A DNA stretch of 61,396 nucleotides, filler included, from Basidioascus undulatus (Eukaryota): assembly GCA_000826855.1 (NCBI GenBank). It is 6 parts of 6 records of this genome, joined end to end, with 100 filler letters (N's around TTAATTAATTAA, not from the genome) between each part and the next. Parts side by side here need not be neighbours in the genome. Positions count along the whole stretch, not along the records: positions 34,268 to 40,979 come from JTLS01001683.1; positions 41,080 to 47,791 come from JTLS01001684.1; 4 more parts are not named here. One strand, given 5' to 3'. The position numbers and the translations under genes are program-made. How positions within the stretch are numbered: position 1 is the stretch's first letter; each line of letters begins with the position of its first letter. Positions 34,386-46,450 of the stretch are shown one piece after another. A model generated the notes under the pieces. The model did no database searches and was not told the DNA's origin. It saw only the letters and a program-made list of their open reading frames with translations.

Positions 34386-34568
34386 CGCACGAATGCTCGC
34401 GTGATAACAACGCACACAGACGCAAACGGCTTCCGCTACCACATGGAGCACACGGGCGCGCACGGGCGGACGGCGCGCAAGTTGCACGACGACGCGGGCG
34501 AGTTCGGCCCCGTGCACGAGGTCTATGGATCGTCGGTCGTCCCGGACGAGGTAGAGGAAGAGGACTGA
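34386..34568 (+). CDS. 3' exon of an unknown gene (5' part lost at contig start)
   Basis: RTNARVITTHTDANGFRYHMEHTGAHGRTARKLHDDAGEFGPVHEVYGSSVVPDEVEEED* with coding-like C/G wobble bias, after a pyrimidine-rich intron-like tract. Confidence 0.45.
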   Translation, partial: RTNARVITTHTDANGFRYHMEHTGAHGRTARKLHDDAGEFGPVHEVYGSSVVPDEVEEED

Positions 34569-35219
34569 GATGCGTGTTGGAAGAGGAGGTTGAAGGTGTT
34601 TCGCGATTCGTTCTGATGGGTTTCCTTGTTCTTGTTGTACTTCTGACAAGGGTTCGTTCATGGACTGTACTGGACATTTTCGCTTCGTGCTTACCTTTTC
34701 GAGGTTTCTTGGTTGATACTCGCTTTGTCTGCACATTGAAATATTGTTGTGAAATTGGTTCTGCCAGAGCGACGCTATGTGCTATGGGAAGATCCCGCTA
34801 TTACGATTGCCATGCAGTGTCGCTCCTGCGTCCCACAAGCTCGTCAGCCCCACTGGGCAAGCAAAAAATTGGCAAGTGTCTCAAAATCTTAAGCAATCTG
34901 CACGTGCAGGTCGCAGAATGCCAACATGAGTGTGCGTAGCAGACAGTCGGAATCGCTCTCGTATACAGTGCTCCAATTGCAGCCGGCGCGGGCGAGGCGG
35001 TGTTCCAGCTGCCTAGGAGTAAGGAGAACGCTGGGTCTGGAGCCAGTGGCATGTGGAACGGGGATCGGGACAGGCACGGAGGTGCAGGGAGGAAGGCTGT
35101 TGGGGGGGGGTCGGAGGCGGGTGCGAAGGCGGAGGAAAGTACAGAGTGCCTGTGCGAAAAGGAGGGCGGCGAAGGGGGGACTGCAACTGACGAGGAGGGG
35201 AAGAAGTTGAAACGAATGA

Positions 35220-36750
35220 TCGCTCACCAACGCCCCGCGATGCTGCTAAGTAGGCATGTGTAGAAGTGAGGGTCAGAGAAGCCGAGATACCGAACGGTGG
35301 TGTTCCCAACAACAGTCTGTCAACACATGTTCGTCGTGTACAGGTATATGGCGGATGAACCTTTCGTGAATCGCATGCCAAACATAACCCTGAATGTGGC
35401 GCCGGGCCGATGCGGCTGCGCCTCAAAGCAGGTCTTGAGTGTGGAGGAGTCAGCCGTCTCCGGAAGATCAGGATGCCGGCCGCGACGTTCAGCCAGCCCG
35501 ATGCAGTCCTCGAGGCAAGTGACATCGACAGTCAAGAACGGTCTGCTCATGTGCGAAAGCAAGCATCCGCGGCGCTCGGCGTCATGCAGCCACCTGGTGC
35601 TCCCGAGCGCCTGGCCAGACAGCAGTTGGACGGAAAAGGCTGCAAGATCGGGAGCGTCCTGAAAGCCCTTGACCAAGTGCTAGAGGGCTTGCGGGCTATC
35701 CAAGGCAGCGACGATGCGCTCCTGGATTCCGGAATGCCGCAATTGGTGCATTTAATCATGTCGCAGATGCACCAGTTGGCGATTGGGAACGAAAACAGGT
35801 GGCTTCGGCCGCATGACAAGCAGCGCTCTCAGGAATAAGTTGGGAGTCTGTAGGCCGACTTTATCAGCCTCACGGGATGCTGCTCATGGTTGTCGGTATA
35901 CACACCTTGTGCGCCCCTCCCATCGGCCGCAGCGCGCCCATCCTGAGAAGCGGCGCGCGTGGTGCCGCTCGCAGGACTGGTCGAGTCGCTCACCACAATC
36001 AGAAATATGAACTCTCCTCTCCTCCGAGCGACGCATTCAGATTTACGCGCTTTGGAGAAACAAAATTTACAGAACCCTCCAGCGATCAGGGCCTGCATTC
36101 CGCCGAGGAACTCTTCGAGTACGTCCAGTCTGGTGCACGTGTCCGCGCGAACCGCGGCGACAGCCCACGAGAAGCGACGGTGGGCCTACCAGACCGTGAA
36201 ACAGGTAACGAAGAGCTGGAAAAATTGGAGAAAGTTCATGTCTAGCGGATTGAAAGCGGGGGATGCCAATCTAACAGCTTCGTCAGTTGAAAGGAGAGTA
36301 AAGGAGATGGTGGTGGTGGTCGCCGGAGAACCCCTGTTCGGATGTCGCAGTTCCCAGTTCGCACTCTGGACGCGTCTGTGGCTGCCTGCACGTTCCAGGT
36401 GCTGCTTCACAGTTTCCCGCACTGCCTTTCTTGTATTGCATTTGCACAAAGAGAGGAGGGGAAGTGGACGACGCAGAAGCCTCGCATTGTGAGGTGTTGC
36501 CGTGCACGCTGCACGCGAAATTTCGGTGTGCCGCGCTAGGCGCATAGCCCAAACACCCGAAGAGAGTCCTGAAATTAGTCAACGTCTTACATCTTGTGAT
36601 CGAGAAGAGGATAAGGTCGTGTACGATAGGCATATGCTCTGCGAAAACGATTGCTTTGGAAAAGGCGATCATTGGACGGGCTGAACCGCCAACCCAGTGC
36701 CCGCCCCACACAGCGCGGCATTTTCCTGAACAAAGTTCGCACATAGAGAC
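35220..36750 (-). pseudogene. Decayed Cys-rich (multiple CxxC) gene of unknown family
   Basis: Successive minus-strand blocks CELCSGKC, FTVW*AHRR...GGFCKFC, PTYS*ERCLSCGRSH...WCICDMIKCTNCGIPE, with in-frame stops at 36186 and 35829. Confidence 0.35.
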
Positions 36751-37507
36751 AGACTTGATACTCTCGTGAGCAGCCGCAAGCTTCACAGACCAGACCGGCT
36801 TAAGCTTTCTCGGCTGAAGCCTGTGAGGATTCCACCGATTCACATCAGCTTTTGGATGGGTTTCCCTGCCTGCCGATTTTTCCCAAGGCAGCAATATTTC
36901 GTTCAGTTGCGCACCAGGAGGTCCCTCACCAAGAATCGAGTCCCTTCCCCCATTTGGTTGTATACAGAAGACGAGCACTGAACGTGCACATTGAGTGCTT
37001 GTCTTCTATGCGCTTTGAGGATGGATGGAAGGGTGTGCGTGGGTAAGGGATGAGGATGGGATGGTGAGTTTCATGGAAACAAGGAGCGACAGGATGCTGA
37101 TGAATACTGTGAGGCTTTCTTCCTTGTCCGGCCCTATTGCATTCGCTGACCTTACGCATGCTCAGTCGCGCATGAGTAAGTCGAAAGATATATGTCTAAC
37201 AAATTTGTGTATAAAATAAGGTCCTCATGCAGCAGCGTGGTCTGGACCACAGCATGCATGGAAGGCAGGATTCGACGCTGGCTATTGCCATTCTTACACA
37301 GTACTGCCGCTCGACTCCTACGTCGCACACCTGAGTCAGCCGCGCTAGGCAAACAGGAATGTTCGTCTTTATCACACCGTCGAGGTCTTCCTCGTGTGCC
37401 TCGTTCCGACTAAACCGAAACCGCCCAAGTCTCAAGCCTGCAGCATGCGGCGACCCTCGCACCCTCGGAAGCCAAGCATTCCTCAGTAAACTATCTTTAT
37501 CCAGCAC

Positions 37508-39026
37508 CTATTCCCCCCTCTCCCACAGCCGCACCTCAACGCCCTCCACAACCGCATTGAAGCAGTCCAAGATTTGCACCTCGCCCTGCTTTCCCTCGGG
37601 AACATCGCCCTCAAACCTCCTCACCACTTGCGCAAGCACAAGCAGCAACTCCGCCATCGCGAGGTTCCTTCCCGCGCACGCCCTCGCGCCCTTCCCGAAC
37701 GCCCAGAAGTGGCCGTCCTCCGCCTGCTCTGAGGAGGAGTCGGCGAGCCACCGCTCAGGCCGGAACTCGAGCGGCTCCGCGAACCCGCGCCGGTGCTGCT
37801 CGAAGGGGGAGATGCCCACTGTCGTGCCGGGTGGGATTGGGGCGCCGCGGAATGTGAATGCTGGAGAGGGGGAAGAGGGGACGCAGCGCTGAAGCCGCCG
37901 CGGGACGGGGGAGGATATGCGCAGGCCTTCGCGCGCGCAGGCGGAGAGGTAGGGGATTGCCTCGAGCGTTGAGAGCGGGTAGAGCGCCGTGCGGGACGGC
38001 ATGTGCGGGAGGAGCGCGGCGAGGAGGGTTTGCAGGGTGGAGGGGTGCGAGTAAAGCGCGTGCAGGGTTAGGGAGAGCGTCAGGGCTGTGCTGTTTGTAC
38101 CGGCGTAGAGCATGTCGGATACTGTGGGGGAGGACGGCGTGAGGGGGGGAGGAGGCAAGGGATGGATGGGATAAGCACCTTCGGTGATGAGCGCCGCACG
38201 GGAGATACCGCTCTTCGCGAGCTCGCGGACGTAGTCCAGCTTGTCCTCGCCCTTCTCCTCACCCCGGTCCTTCAAACCCTCATCAACGACCTCCTCGACA
38301 TACCTCCCAAACGCCCCCCACGCCTCGTCCTCCCTTCTCAGCTCCTCCCTCCCCCTCGCGCTCAAGCCCAACCTCCACCGCCGGACCTTCTCCGCCCACC
38401 CATGCGCGTGCGCAGAGTACACCCCGAGCGGGACCGAGCGGTCGATGCTGTCGATGACGGGCTCGAAGTCGCCTGTGTATGGGCGCGAGAGGGTGTACGC
38501 GGAGACGGAGGCGATGGAGAGGCGCCGGAGGGCGGGGAGGATGTTGGGGCTTCGGAAAGTGGGGAGGGTGTTGGGGAGGTGGGTGAGGGGGGGTGTGAGG
38601 AGATGGAGGGATGAGAGGAGGGTGCGCCGGGAGAAGAGAGGGGAGACGAGGCGCAGGCGGGCGAAGTGCGCCTGGGGGTCAAGGAAGGTAAGCTTGTTCG
38701 AATGGGAAAGAGAAGAAGAGATAAGATCAGCGCACCTTGACGTCCCGCTCGCTAAACACGCTGCTGAACCCTTCGAAATCAAACGCTTTGTACGCCTCCG
38801 CCTTGGGCATCCGCCCAATCTCCCTCGCGACGTCCTCCCCGCAATCCACGCCGAACGAGAGCTCGTTCGGCCCGACGCGCACGACGGGGGACGCATATCT
38901 ATCATGCAAGCTCGCGATGTGCCGCGAGCCGGGGAAGGCGGACAGCGGGTGCAGGTATAGTCTGTAGAATGCTAGGGCGAGGAGGGGTGCGAGGAGGAGC
39001 GTGGATAGGGCGAGGAGGAGGGCCAT
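37508..39026 (-). CDS. Cytochrome P450 (membrane-anchored, 2 introns)
   Basis: N-terminal anchor MALLLALSTLLLAPLLALAFYRLYLHPLSAFPG, VVRVGPNELSF, I-helix YAGTNST, K-helix EGLR, FRPERW, heme motif FGKGARACAG. Confidence 0.93.
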
Positions 39027-39219
39027 GCTGGGCGGTGCATGGAGGGTGCTGGTGGTTGGTGGCGAAAAGAGAAGGCGAGTCCGAGTTGCCAAGAAAGAAG
39101 GCAATCGCGAAGACTCGCACAGGAGCACGGCAATCGATCGACGCGACGGGCCGGCGACCATTTGGCGCTTAAATTGAACGCGTCCGTCATCTCATATTGA
39201 CCGTTTCTTTCAGGCCAGC

Positions 39220-40979
39220 ATGCGTGGAGGCGCAGGGGTACGCCGTAATGCAATGGTTTTGTATTCTCTCGAGAGAAGCTGATGAGAGTATTCCACATTC
39301 TGCCGCCGGTGCGCAGGCAGCGAGCTTGGGTCCGGTGGAGTTGTCGGACAGCGACGACGAGGTGGAATGCTTGGATGTGCGTACAAGTCCCCCATCATCA
39401 CAATATACTCTCTTGAGTCTCAGTATACTTCATCTGCAGACTCGCCCCTTCGTCCCGCGCCCAGCGCCCCCACCGCATGTCCAAAGCTCAGTGACCGGCA
39501 CCGCCCCGCTTCAACCAGCTCGCTGTCAGCCCCAGCTCCCCAGCACCCAACCCCCGACGGGAGGAGTGAAGCGCAAGGCCAAGGCTGTAGACCTCACCCT
39601 CTCCGACGATGATGACGTCGTCATGGGGGCATGGCGCAGGCGGCCTGCCCGACAGGCAAACACTTCGACGACGAAGGTCAAGGAGAGCTCAGTGACGATC
39701 GACCTTGTGCGTCCCCACACCCACACACCCCCTCTCCGAAATACACCCTGATTCCTCCTCCCCACGCACATGTCTCCCCGCCCAAGCCCTCTCGGAAGCT
39801 GCGCCCTCCCGTCCCTCTCCCCCCGCCGCCACCGCCCTACCCCGCCTTCGAGCGCCTGCCCCGAGCAGGGCAAAGCGACTTCTCCGAGCGCCCCCTGCCG
39901 CGACGAAGTCTGCGCAGGAGGGGGCAGCCCGAGCCGATGGAAATCGTCCTGCCGCGGAGGCTGCAGGAGCAGGACTTTGGGTCGTCCTCAGGCAGTGAGT
40001 TCCGGGCCGTTGTTGTTGGTTGATTCAGTGTGACCATTTGAGGAGATGATGGATTGGCTGATGCGGAATGGGTTGTACAGTGATCCACTCTATAGCCATC
40101 GGAGGCCCGGACGGCTGCAGCATCCTAATCGGGGCACAATCACACGTCGGCAAGTCGTACTTACTCGCGCCTCCTCCCCCCACACGACATAGCTGACTCT
40201 TCTTACCCTGTTCTCTACAGACCTCGGCGAGTACGACTCCAAGCGATCACGGCGGCGACGGCGCCCGCCGCGCCGACCAGACGACTACAACCGGCCGGGA
40301 AACCTCCTCTACCTCAGCGCGTCCACGCGTCGCCCGCAGAGCTCAGTTTCAAGTGAGGACGCGATGGACATCGACGGCGGGCTGCCCTCAGCGCTGCCGG
40401 AGGCGCGCCTGCTCGACGCCCACACGCAGGAGACACAGGTGCACGAGCTGCAGTACATGCCTGTCGATCGGGTGGTCGTCTCTCCAACAGAGTGCGTTGA
40501 ACCGAAGTGCGAGCTCGCAGATATGAACTGATTCTTATTTTTGGTGGTGTCCAGCCCGTCTGTCTTCTTGTCTTGCGGCGACGACGGGCACGTGAACCAG
40601 TGGGTCGTCGGCGGGCCGAAGGGCATCGAGTGCGTCTCGACATGGAGTGCGTAGTCTTCTCCTATTATGTTACCCATTCACACTCCTCCCCACCCGCAGA
40701 CTACCGCTCCAAAGCGCAGCATCTCACGTTCCACCCCTCCGGCAACCTCTTCGCACTCTTCACGCCGCGGTCGTACCACATCCAGTCCCTGCACGATCCC
40801 CCCTCGGGGCAGTCGCGCGCAGTCCTCCGCCCGCCCAGGGGCAAGTTCAGCCCGAGTGCGCTTGCGTTCGTTGGCACGCGCGCGGTCGTCCTCGGCGCGG
40901 AGGAGGAGAAGGAGCCCCCTGGGTGCGCGCGCGGGTGGCCTGGGTGGGGCGCCCTGGATGAAGAGGGGCTAGTAGAGGA
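39220..40979 (+). CDS. WD40-repeat protein with a disordered N-terminus (3'-truncated at contig end)
   Basis: MRGGAG|AASLGPVELSDSDDEVECLD|..., later exons DYNRPGNLLYL, LLDAH, VFLSCGDDGHVNQW, LTFHPSGNLFA, SALAFVGTRAVVLG (WD-like blades). Confidence 0.65.
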
Positions 40980-41079
40980 NNNNNNNNNNNNNNNNNNNNN
41001 NNNNNNNNNNNNNNNNNNNNNNNTTAATTAATTAANNNNNNNNNNNNNNNNNNNNNNNNNNNNNNNNNNNNNNNNNNNN
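40980..41079. other. Artificial contig linker
   Basis: 44 N + TTAATTAATTAA + 44 N. Confidence 0.98.
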
Positions 41080-42829
41080 GGCCTTCAGGCCGTGGTGAAT
41101 TCTCCCCTCCTACGTGCGTACCACCGCGCCATCAGCACCTTCTTCTCCCTCCACCCTTCTCAAAGTATTTTCACTCACGGTGCGCTCTCTATAGACGACG
41201 GCGAAGGGGGGATGCCCTCTAAAATGGCCGTCGGGGGAGATGATGGTGGGAGAAGGACGAGGAGGCACGAGGAGGAGCAGGAGAACCGCAATGCTTGGCT
41301 GCGAGAGCCGAGCCGCAGCAGTAGGGAGTAGGTAGGAAAGTAGCCGGCGTCAGCCGGCTCCGGGCGCTTGGCGGAAAGTTTCCGCTGGCACAATCGAAGC
41401 TATCGAAGCTCCTCGGGAAAGGGAAGGGAGGCACCCGCATTAATATGCATCAAGGAAAAACTCACGTTTAGAGGTGTAGCCCAATATTGGCGCTCAGTTC
41501 ATGCCTGTAGGGCCACTGAAAGGCTGATGAGAGACGACCGGATACAGTCCTTGAGGTGAGCCACTGGGGCGAAGACGGGTTTCGATTGCGACCAGCCCAA
41601 AGTTGCGTTGGCGTCGCTCACCAATTTTTGATTTCAAGTACCGATCCAGCATTTAGAGCTGGTACGTGAACTGTGCGCAGTCCCAGTACGGCAGCGACCC
41701 AGCGATGGTCGCAGGCCTGCAGCCTGCATAGCCTGCGTCCCTGCCCATCCCGGCCTGTTCTCATTCCATAAGCCGCATTATCTTCTCTTATGCCAGAAGC
41801 CTTTAAAGGAGCCTCTACAAGCTATAGTTGACAGGTCTAAGCGACCCCGTCCATGGCATATCTCTGAAGAGGGTTTCAGACAGCATCCTCGATGGTTGGT
41901 TGTGTGCAGTAATTAATGTCATCACAAGTTCATCGAAAAATTCTGCGTTGCGTTCTTCAGTGTGTGGAAATGCAGAATCCACTTCTTGTCGAAAAAGTGT
42001 AGAGAGACAACAATCCAATCATGTAAGGCTGTTGCCGTGAATTTCAAGACAGTTAGAGCGCCTGCAAACGGCTGTCTTGGGTTCTCTCTTGGAAAATTAG
42101 GTCCCTGTATAGTATACGCCATCAGGGTCTCTCCAAATACAAGGAAAATTGCGATAATTGCCTTCTTACCGGTCCATTGAGAAATTGGGGAAGCGAGCAT
42201 GAGACCCAATATTCAGCGTCCATCGCGTATTTCCCCTCCTATCTCTGGTCCCTTGCGATGTTCGAGGCTTACTCTTGCCGGATTGCGCAAATCCAACCCA
42301 AGCTGAAGTAAATAACTATTCAAGCAAGCGCCATAATAAATGTCCTAGCTCGGACTCCGCAATGCTCCTCGTGAGGAAAGCCCACTTCCGGTCCTTGACC
42401 TGCACCGCACTTCGGTCCTCCGCTCCTCGTACATTAGCGTGTGATGATCCTCAAGCCAGTTATACAGGCTCAGTTCAATATTATTCTCCAATCAGGCCCG
42501 CTGCTTGCCACCTGGATCTCTTTTGTGGCCCTAACGGCATCAGCCCATTGGGATTGTGCCACGGCCTCGATGTCTCCGAGTCAAATCAACGCGAGCGTTG
42601 GGAAGTCAAGTGGCGGCACATATCCAACGAGCAATGAAAACGCGATGTATGTGTTACATGGTAGGGATCTAAATGTCACCGGACCTGGACCGTACGGAGC
42701 GCCCGACAATGCCACTCTAGAATTAGCAATACCCCTCTCAGAAAGCCTCAACGCCAGCGGAACCAAGAAGCCGAATTGGTCCTCTTGTGCCAGATGATGC
42801 CATGCGAGCGGAGCTCCTGTACAAATATT

Positions 42830-43680
42830 AAAGCTTATCGTTTGAGCAATGTTCTCGTCGAATGCCACCAGGGATGCCAGGAAGCTGCTGACGCCAGGCC
42901 GTCCTTCCCCGGTGGGTCAAGGACGATGTTGTGGAGCGCGACAAGATTTGAAAGAGGGAAACATTTCGAAAAGCGGCGAGAGATCGTTGAATACGATGGT
43001 TTTGAGAGAGGGACACTGCCCAATGAGCCTTGCCACCGCGGCGCCGCTTGCAAGGTTCAGAAAAGCGTGACAAGCTGTGGACCCACAGCGCGAAAAAAGG
43101 GCGCGGCGGCTATCGCTTCGGTTTCGGTCCCGCTTGGCGGAAACCACAGCGTCAAGTGCGCGAGACGAGGAAATTCGACAAGCGAAAGAAGATTGTAAAG
43201 GGGCTCCAGAGGATGGTCCCCAGGAGTGATCGCTAGTGTAGACATCGATGTGAACAGGATCGGGGAAATCGAAGTGAACCTCAAGCCCCCTGAACAAAGG
43301 GAAATCTCCGAGCGCGCGGAACATCGGAGAGGTGAGTTTGATGCAGAACTCTTTGAGTGACGTGCAAGGCGAGTCTGGCCTGATCAGATGGGATGAATGT
43401 GCCCGAAGCCAAGGCGACGAAGCGCTTCAGCTTGGGCGCGCTCAAGATGAGCTCCGGCGCCGGGGCGGGGCGGTGCGATCGAGCCAGATGTGATCCGTGC
43501 CATTCTCCTCATCCTCAACGCCAAGCGGTGGGAGCGCGACCCTGATCTCCTGGATGAGGTGGCAAGTCGTTCGAAATGAAGAAGAACTCCCGGGCGGCAA
43601 TGGCGGATCGAGGGCAAGGGTCAGGAATGGCAGGGCGCGAGCGTCACGGAGCCATCCGTTTCTGGTTGCTAGACGCAAGC
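42830..43680 (-). pseudogene. Frameshifted RNI-like leucine-rich-repeat (F-box-type) gene remnant
   Basis: LRR-like segments in alternating frames: CTSLKEFCIKL, LYNLLSLVEFPRLAHLTLWF, FFRAVGPQLVTL, LIGQCPSLKTIVFND. Confidence 0.5.
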
Positions 43681-44974
43681 TGCGAAATTTTGAGTAAATT
43701 CTCGCGTACTCCCCGTATTCTCGGTAGTCCTATGTGTTGATCGGTTTGAAGAGAGTTCCCTTAATGGGCTTGATGGACGTACAGCTACAGCCGCTGGGAG
43801 GCCCGTGAACTTGTTGCCTGTGGTCCTCGAAAGAGTATTTATGGTCAAATTGAGTCCACAGTTATACTTAGAATGGCTCAGAGTGTAGTCCCAAGCTCCT
43901 TGACAGTCAATTCGACAGTCGAAACATCAACATATCGAGCGTGGACTCTGCGGGTCGGACAACATGCCGGGCCCTGCTGTGCGCGCGTACGCTCGGATGT
44001 CGAGATAAAGAACGGTTCAAAATAGTTCAGTTTGGATAGTCTTCCAAGGAAACCCGTTATCGGCAGGATCGGCTCCGGGACGTGTACGGCATCAAGGGAA
44101 CGAGACGGGTTTGCGACGAAAGACCTGAGGTCTTGACACGCCAGCGCTCAAACAAGCCTTGCCCACTTAAGTCAGTGGCAAACTTTCTTTAAAAAGTTAC
44201 ATTTAGTGCTTATTTGAGCTTGGAAAGCTCAATGTCCTTCCCAGAACTGAGCCCAAGTGATGGGTTGCGGGTCTTCAGTGTTCGAGACGGCAGCCGACTA
44301 CAGCTTGACTGCGCAGTTCCAGGTGTCCATCCATGTGTTACTACACAGCCTTCCATGATGTTCTGCTAAACAACAACCCACAACTGTTGATTTTATTCTT
44401 TTATCCAGAAGCGACAGAACGCCCAAGCTCGGTTCCCCTCGCCCACAACACGTCCTGCAGTTGGCGAAGGCCGGCCCCCCTCCTCTGGCCCTCGAATGGT
44501 CTCGTATCAATTATTTGAGAGGTTGGCTGAAGCAAGTTCCAGTACAGTGCATGTCCCCTGCTTCCGTCTCGTGCAAGCCGTTCCAGAGTGGCCTCGCCTC
44601 CAAGTCCCGAAAAGAGCACGTCGGCAAGAGCGTCTCGGATGGCATTATGAGGAGCTCGGAAACGCCGACATTTTCGTACTTCATTCACCGCTATTCGGTT
44701 GTTGACTCATGCGTCGTACGTGAACGTGCGTTTCCAGCCCTCCCTACTTCCCAGCAGCACTACACCAGCCGTCCAGACAAGACCTGAAAAGGAAAGCACA
44801 TGCACGATGCATTATGGGTATATCACCTGAGAATCGCCTGAGAAATCCGACCAGACGACCAAGGAAAAGAAAAGCGTAAGCGTTATGAAGTAGGCTAGGC
44901 TAGGGTGGGATGCTTATGCGGGAGAGCAATGCAATGCAACGAATAAAGAGAATGCGGGGGAAGCTCCGTATGTG

Positions 44975-44998
44975 TGCGTGCGTGCGTGCGTGCGTGCG
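44975..44998. repeat. (TGCG)6 microsatellite downstream of the GPI-protein gene
   Basis: Direct reading; followed by ATGCG repeats. Confidence 0.9.
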
Positions 44999-45117
44999 AT
45001 GCGATGCGGCGGGGTCGGTGCGAGCATGGCATGACGTGAGGAGGGATGAGGAGAAAGCGGAGGAGGGAAGAGAAGAAGGAGAAGGAGATGAGGAGAGAAA
45101 AGCGGAAGGAGGGACGA

Positions 45118-46450
45118 TCAGACGACCAGCGCCGCGCCTAGCATCGCCACCACGACCAGTACAGCAAGCCCGCTCGCGCCCTGGCCCAGGTCGCCGCTCG
45201 TCGGCTCCGTCGACGCTGACGCCGCGACCTTCGCCGCGGCCGCTGTCGACCCGCTCGCGCTGACGCTGGCGCTCTGTTGGTGCACAGTGACGATGACGAT
45301 CTTCTCGGGGCTCAAGCTCGCGCTCGCGCCCGTCGCCGACGCAGTCGCAGTCGCAGCAGCGCCAGGGCCGGAGGTCGATGACCCCCGCCCCTGGTTCGCA
45401 GGGATGGACGTCTGGTCGGGCGCGACGGTGCCGAGCGCGCCGATCCCCCACCCGATGGTGGCGGACGTGCCCGGCTGGATAGGGTTGGCGGGGGTCGGGG
45501 CGGCGGTGCCGTCGGAGGACTCGATCTGCGGGGTGGTGGGAAAGGTGGGTAAGGGAAAAGGGGGAGTGGAAGGAGGGGAGAGGCGAGGGGGACGGACCGT
45601 GAAGCGCGAAGTCCACGTCTTGTCGCCCGTTTCGTTGTTGGTGAACTGGAGGAACTGTGTCACCGAAACCACACGTCAGCTAAACGTTTCGCGTTCAGCA
45701 AAAAAAGTGGGAAAGCGCACGTAAATCGTCCCATACGGCGCGAGCTGCCAACCCAATGCGCACATCAGTCTTCCGCAGCCCAGCGCTACGGAGAGATGAG
45801 AAGACCCACCGCCGCCGGGAGCATCCACGGCACGGACGAGACGGTCGTAGCGTCGATGTCGTTAGCGATGTCTGCGACCCAGATCTGGGAGTTGAGGTCG
45901 AGGCCGGGTCAGCGCTCAGGGGGCAGCCGGCGGATGGAAGGGGAAGGGGAACGCAGGAGGGAAAGACACACCATGTCCTGGTCGGCACCGGTCATGAACT
46001 CTTTGATTCGGCGGTGAAGAGGGGGAGTTAGCAGGGCTTGTTTCCAGGCTGGAGATGCACCACGCCGCATGCCGCGTTGAGCGCTGGACAGCCAGGGCAC
46101 ACCCACCACTTGCTTGTGCAACGCAAAGCTCAAGCTCATCTTCCCGGCGGGCCCATCCTGTCCCCATCCGAAGCATTCCTTTGCGCCCCGAAAACTCACC
46201 GATCTTCATGCTCTTCCAGGTCCCCGTCGAGTCCGTGTCCCACGTCACATCGTGCTGGCTGCCCGCCTTCCAGACGCTCTTCTCCCAGCTGCCCGCCCGG
46301 TACCCCACACCCACACCCCACACCCACACGTCAATGATCCTCCTCCAACGTCGTAAGGTGAAGGAGGACGGACGGGTCCTGGGGCATGATCACCGCGCTG
46401 GCGGCCGAGATCGCGGCGGTGACGAAGATGGCAGAGGGGGCGAAGCGCAT
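45118..46450 (-). CDS. Secreted Ser/Thr-rich, probably GPI-anchored cell-wall protein with a Kre9/Knh1-like N-terminal domain
   Basis: Spliced MRFAPSAIFVTAAISAASAVIMPQDP|WEKSVWKAGSQHDVTWDTDSTGTWKSMKI|EFMTGADQDM|IWVADIANDIDAT...|LAPYGTIY|FLQFTN...WTSRFT|IESSDG...QPGTSATIGWGIGAL, an Ala/Ser/Thr stalk and the hydrophobic tail GASGLAVLVVVAMLGAALVV*. Confidence 0.85.

Noticed and set aside
31474..39026. GH71 + P450 (+ DyP, kinase) as a metabolic gene cluster
   Set aside because: GH71 and P450 are on different contigs separated by a linker, and the DyP and APH pieces are fragments.
41465..41590. tRNA-like or hammerhead-like words (GGTGTAGCCCAA, CTGATGAG, GTTTCGA)
   Set aside because: Neither a cloverleaf nor a ribozyme fold could be built.
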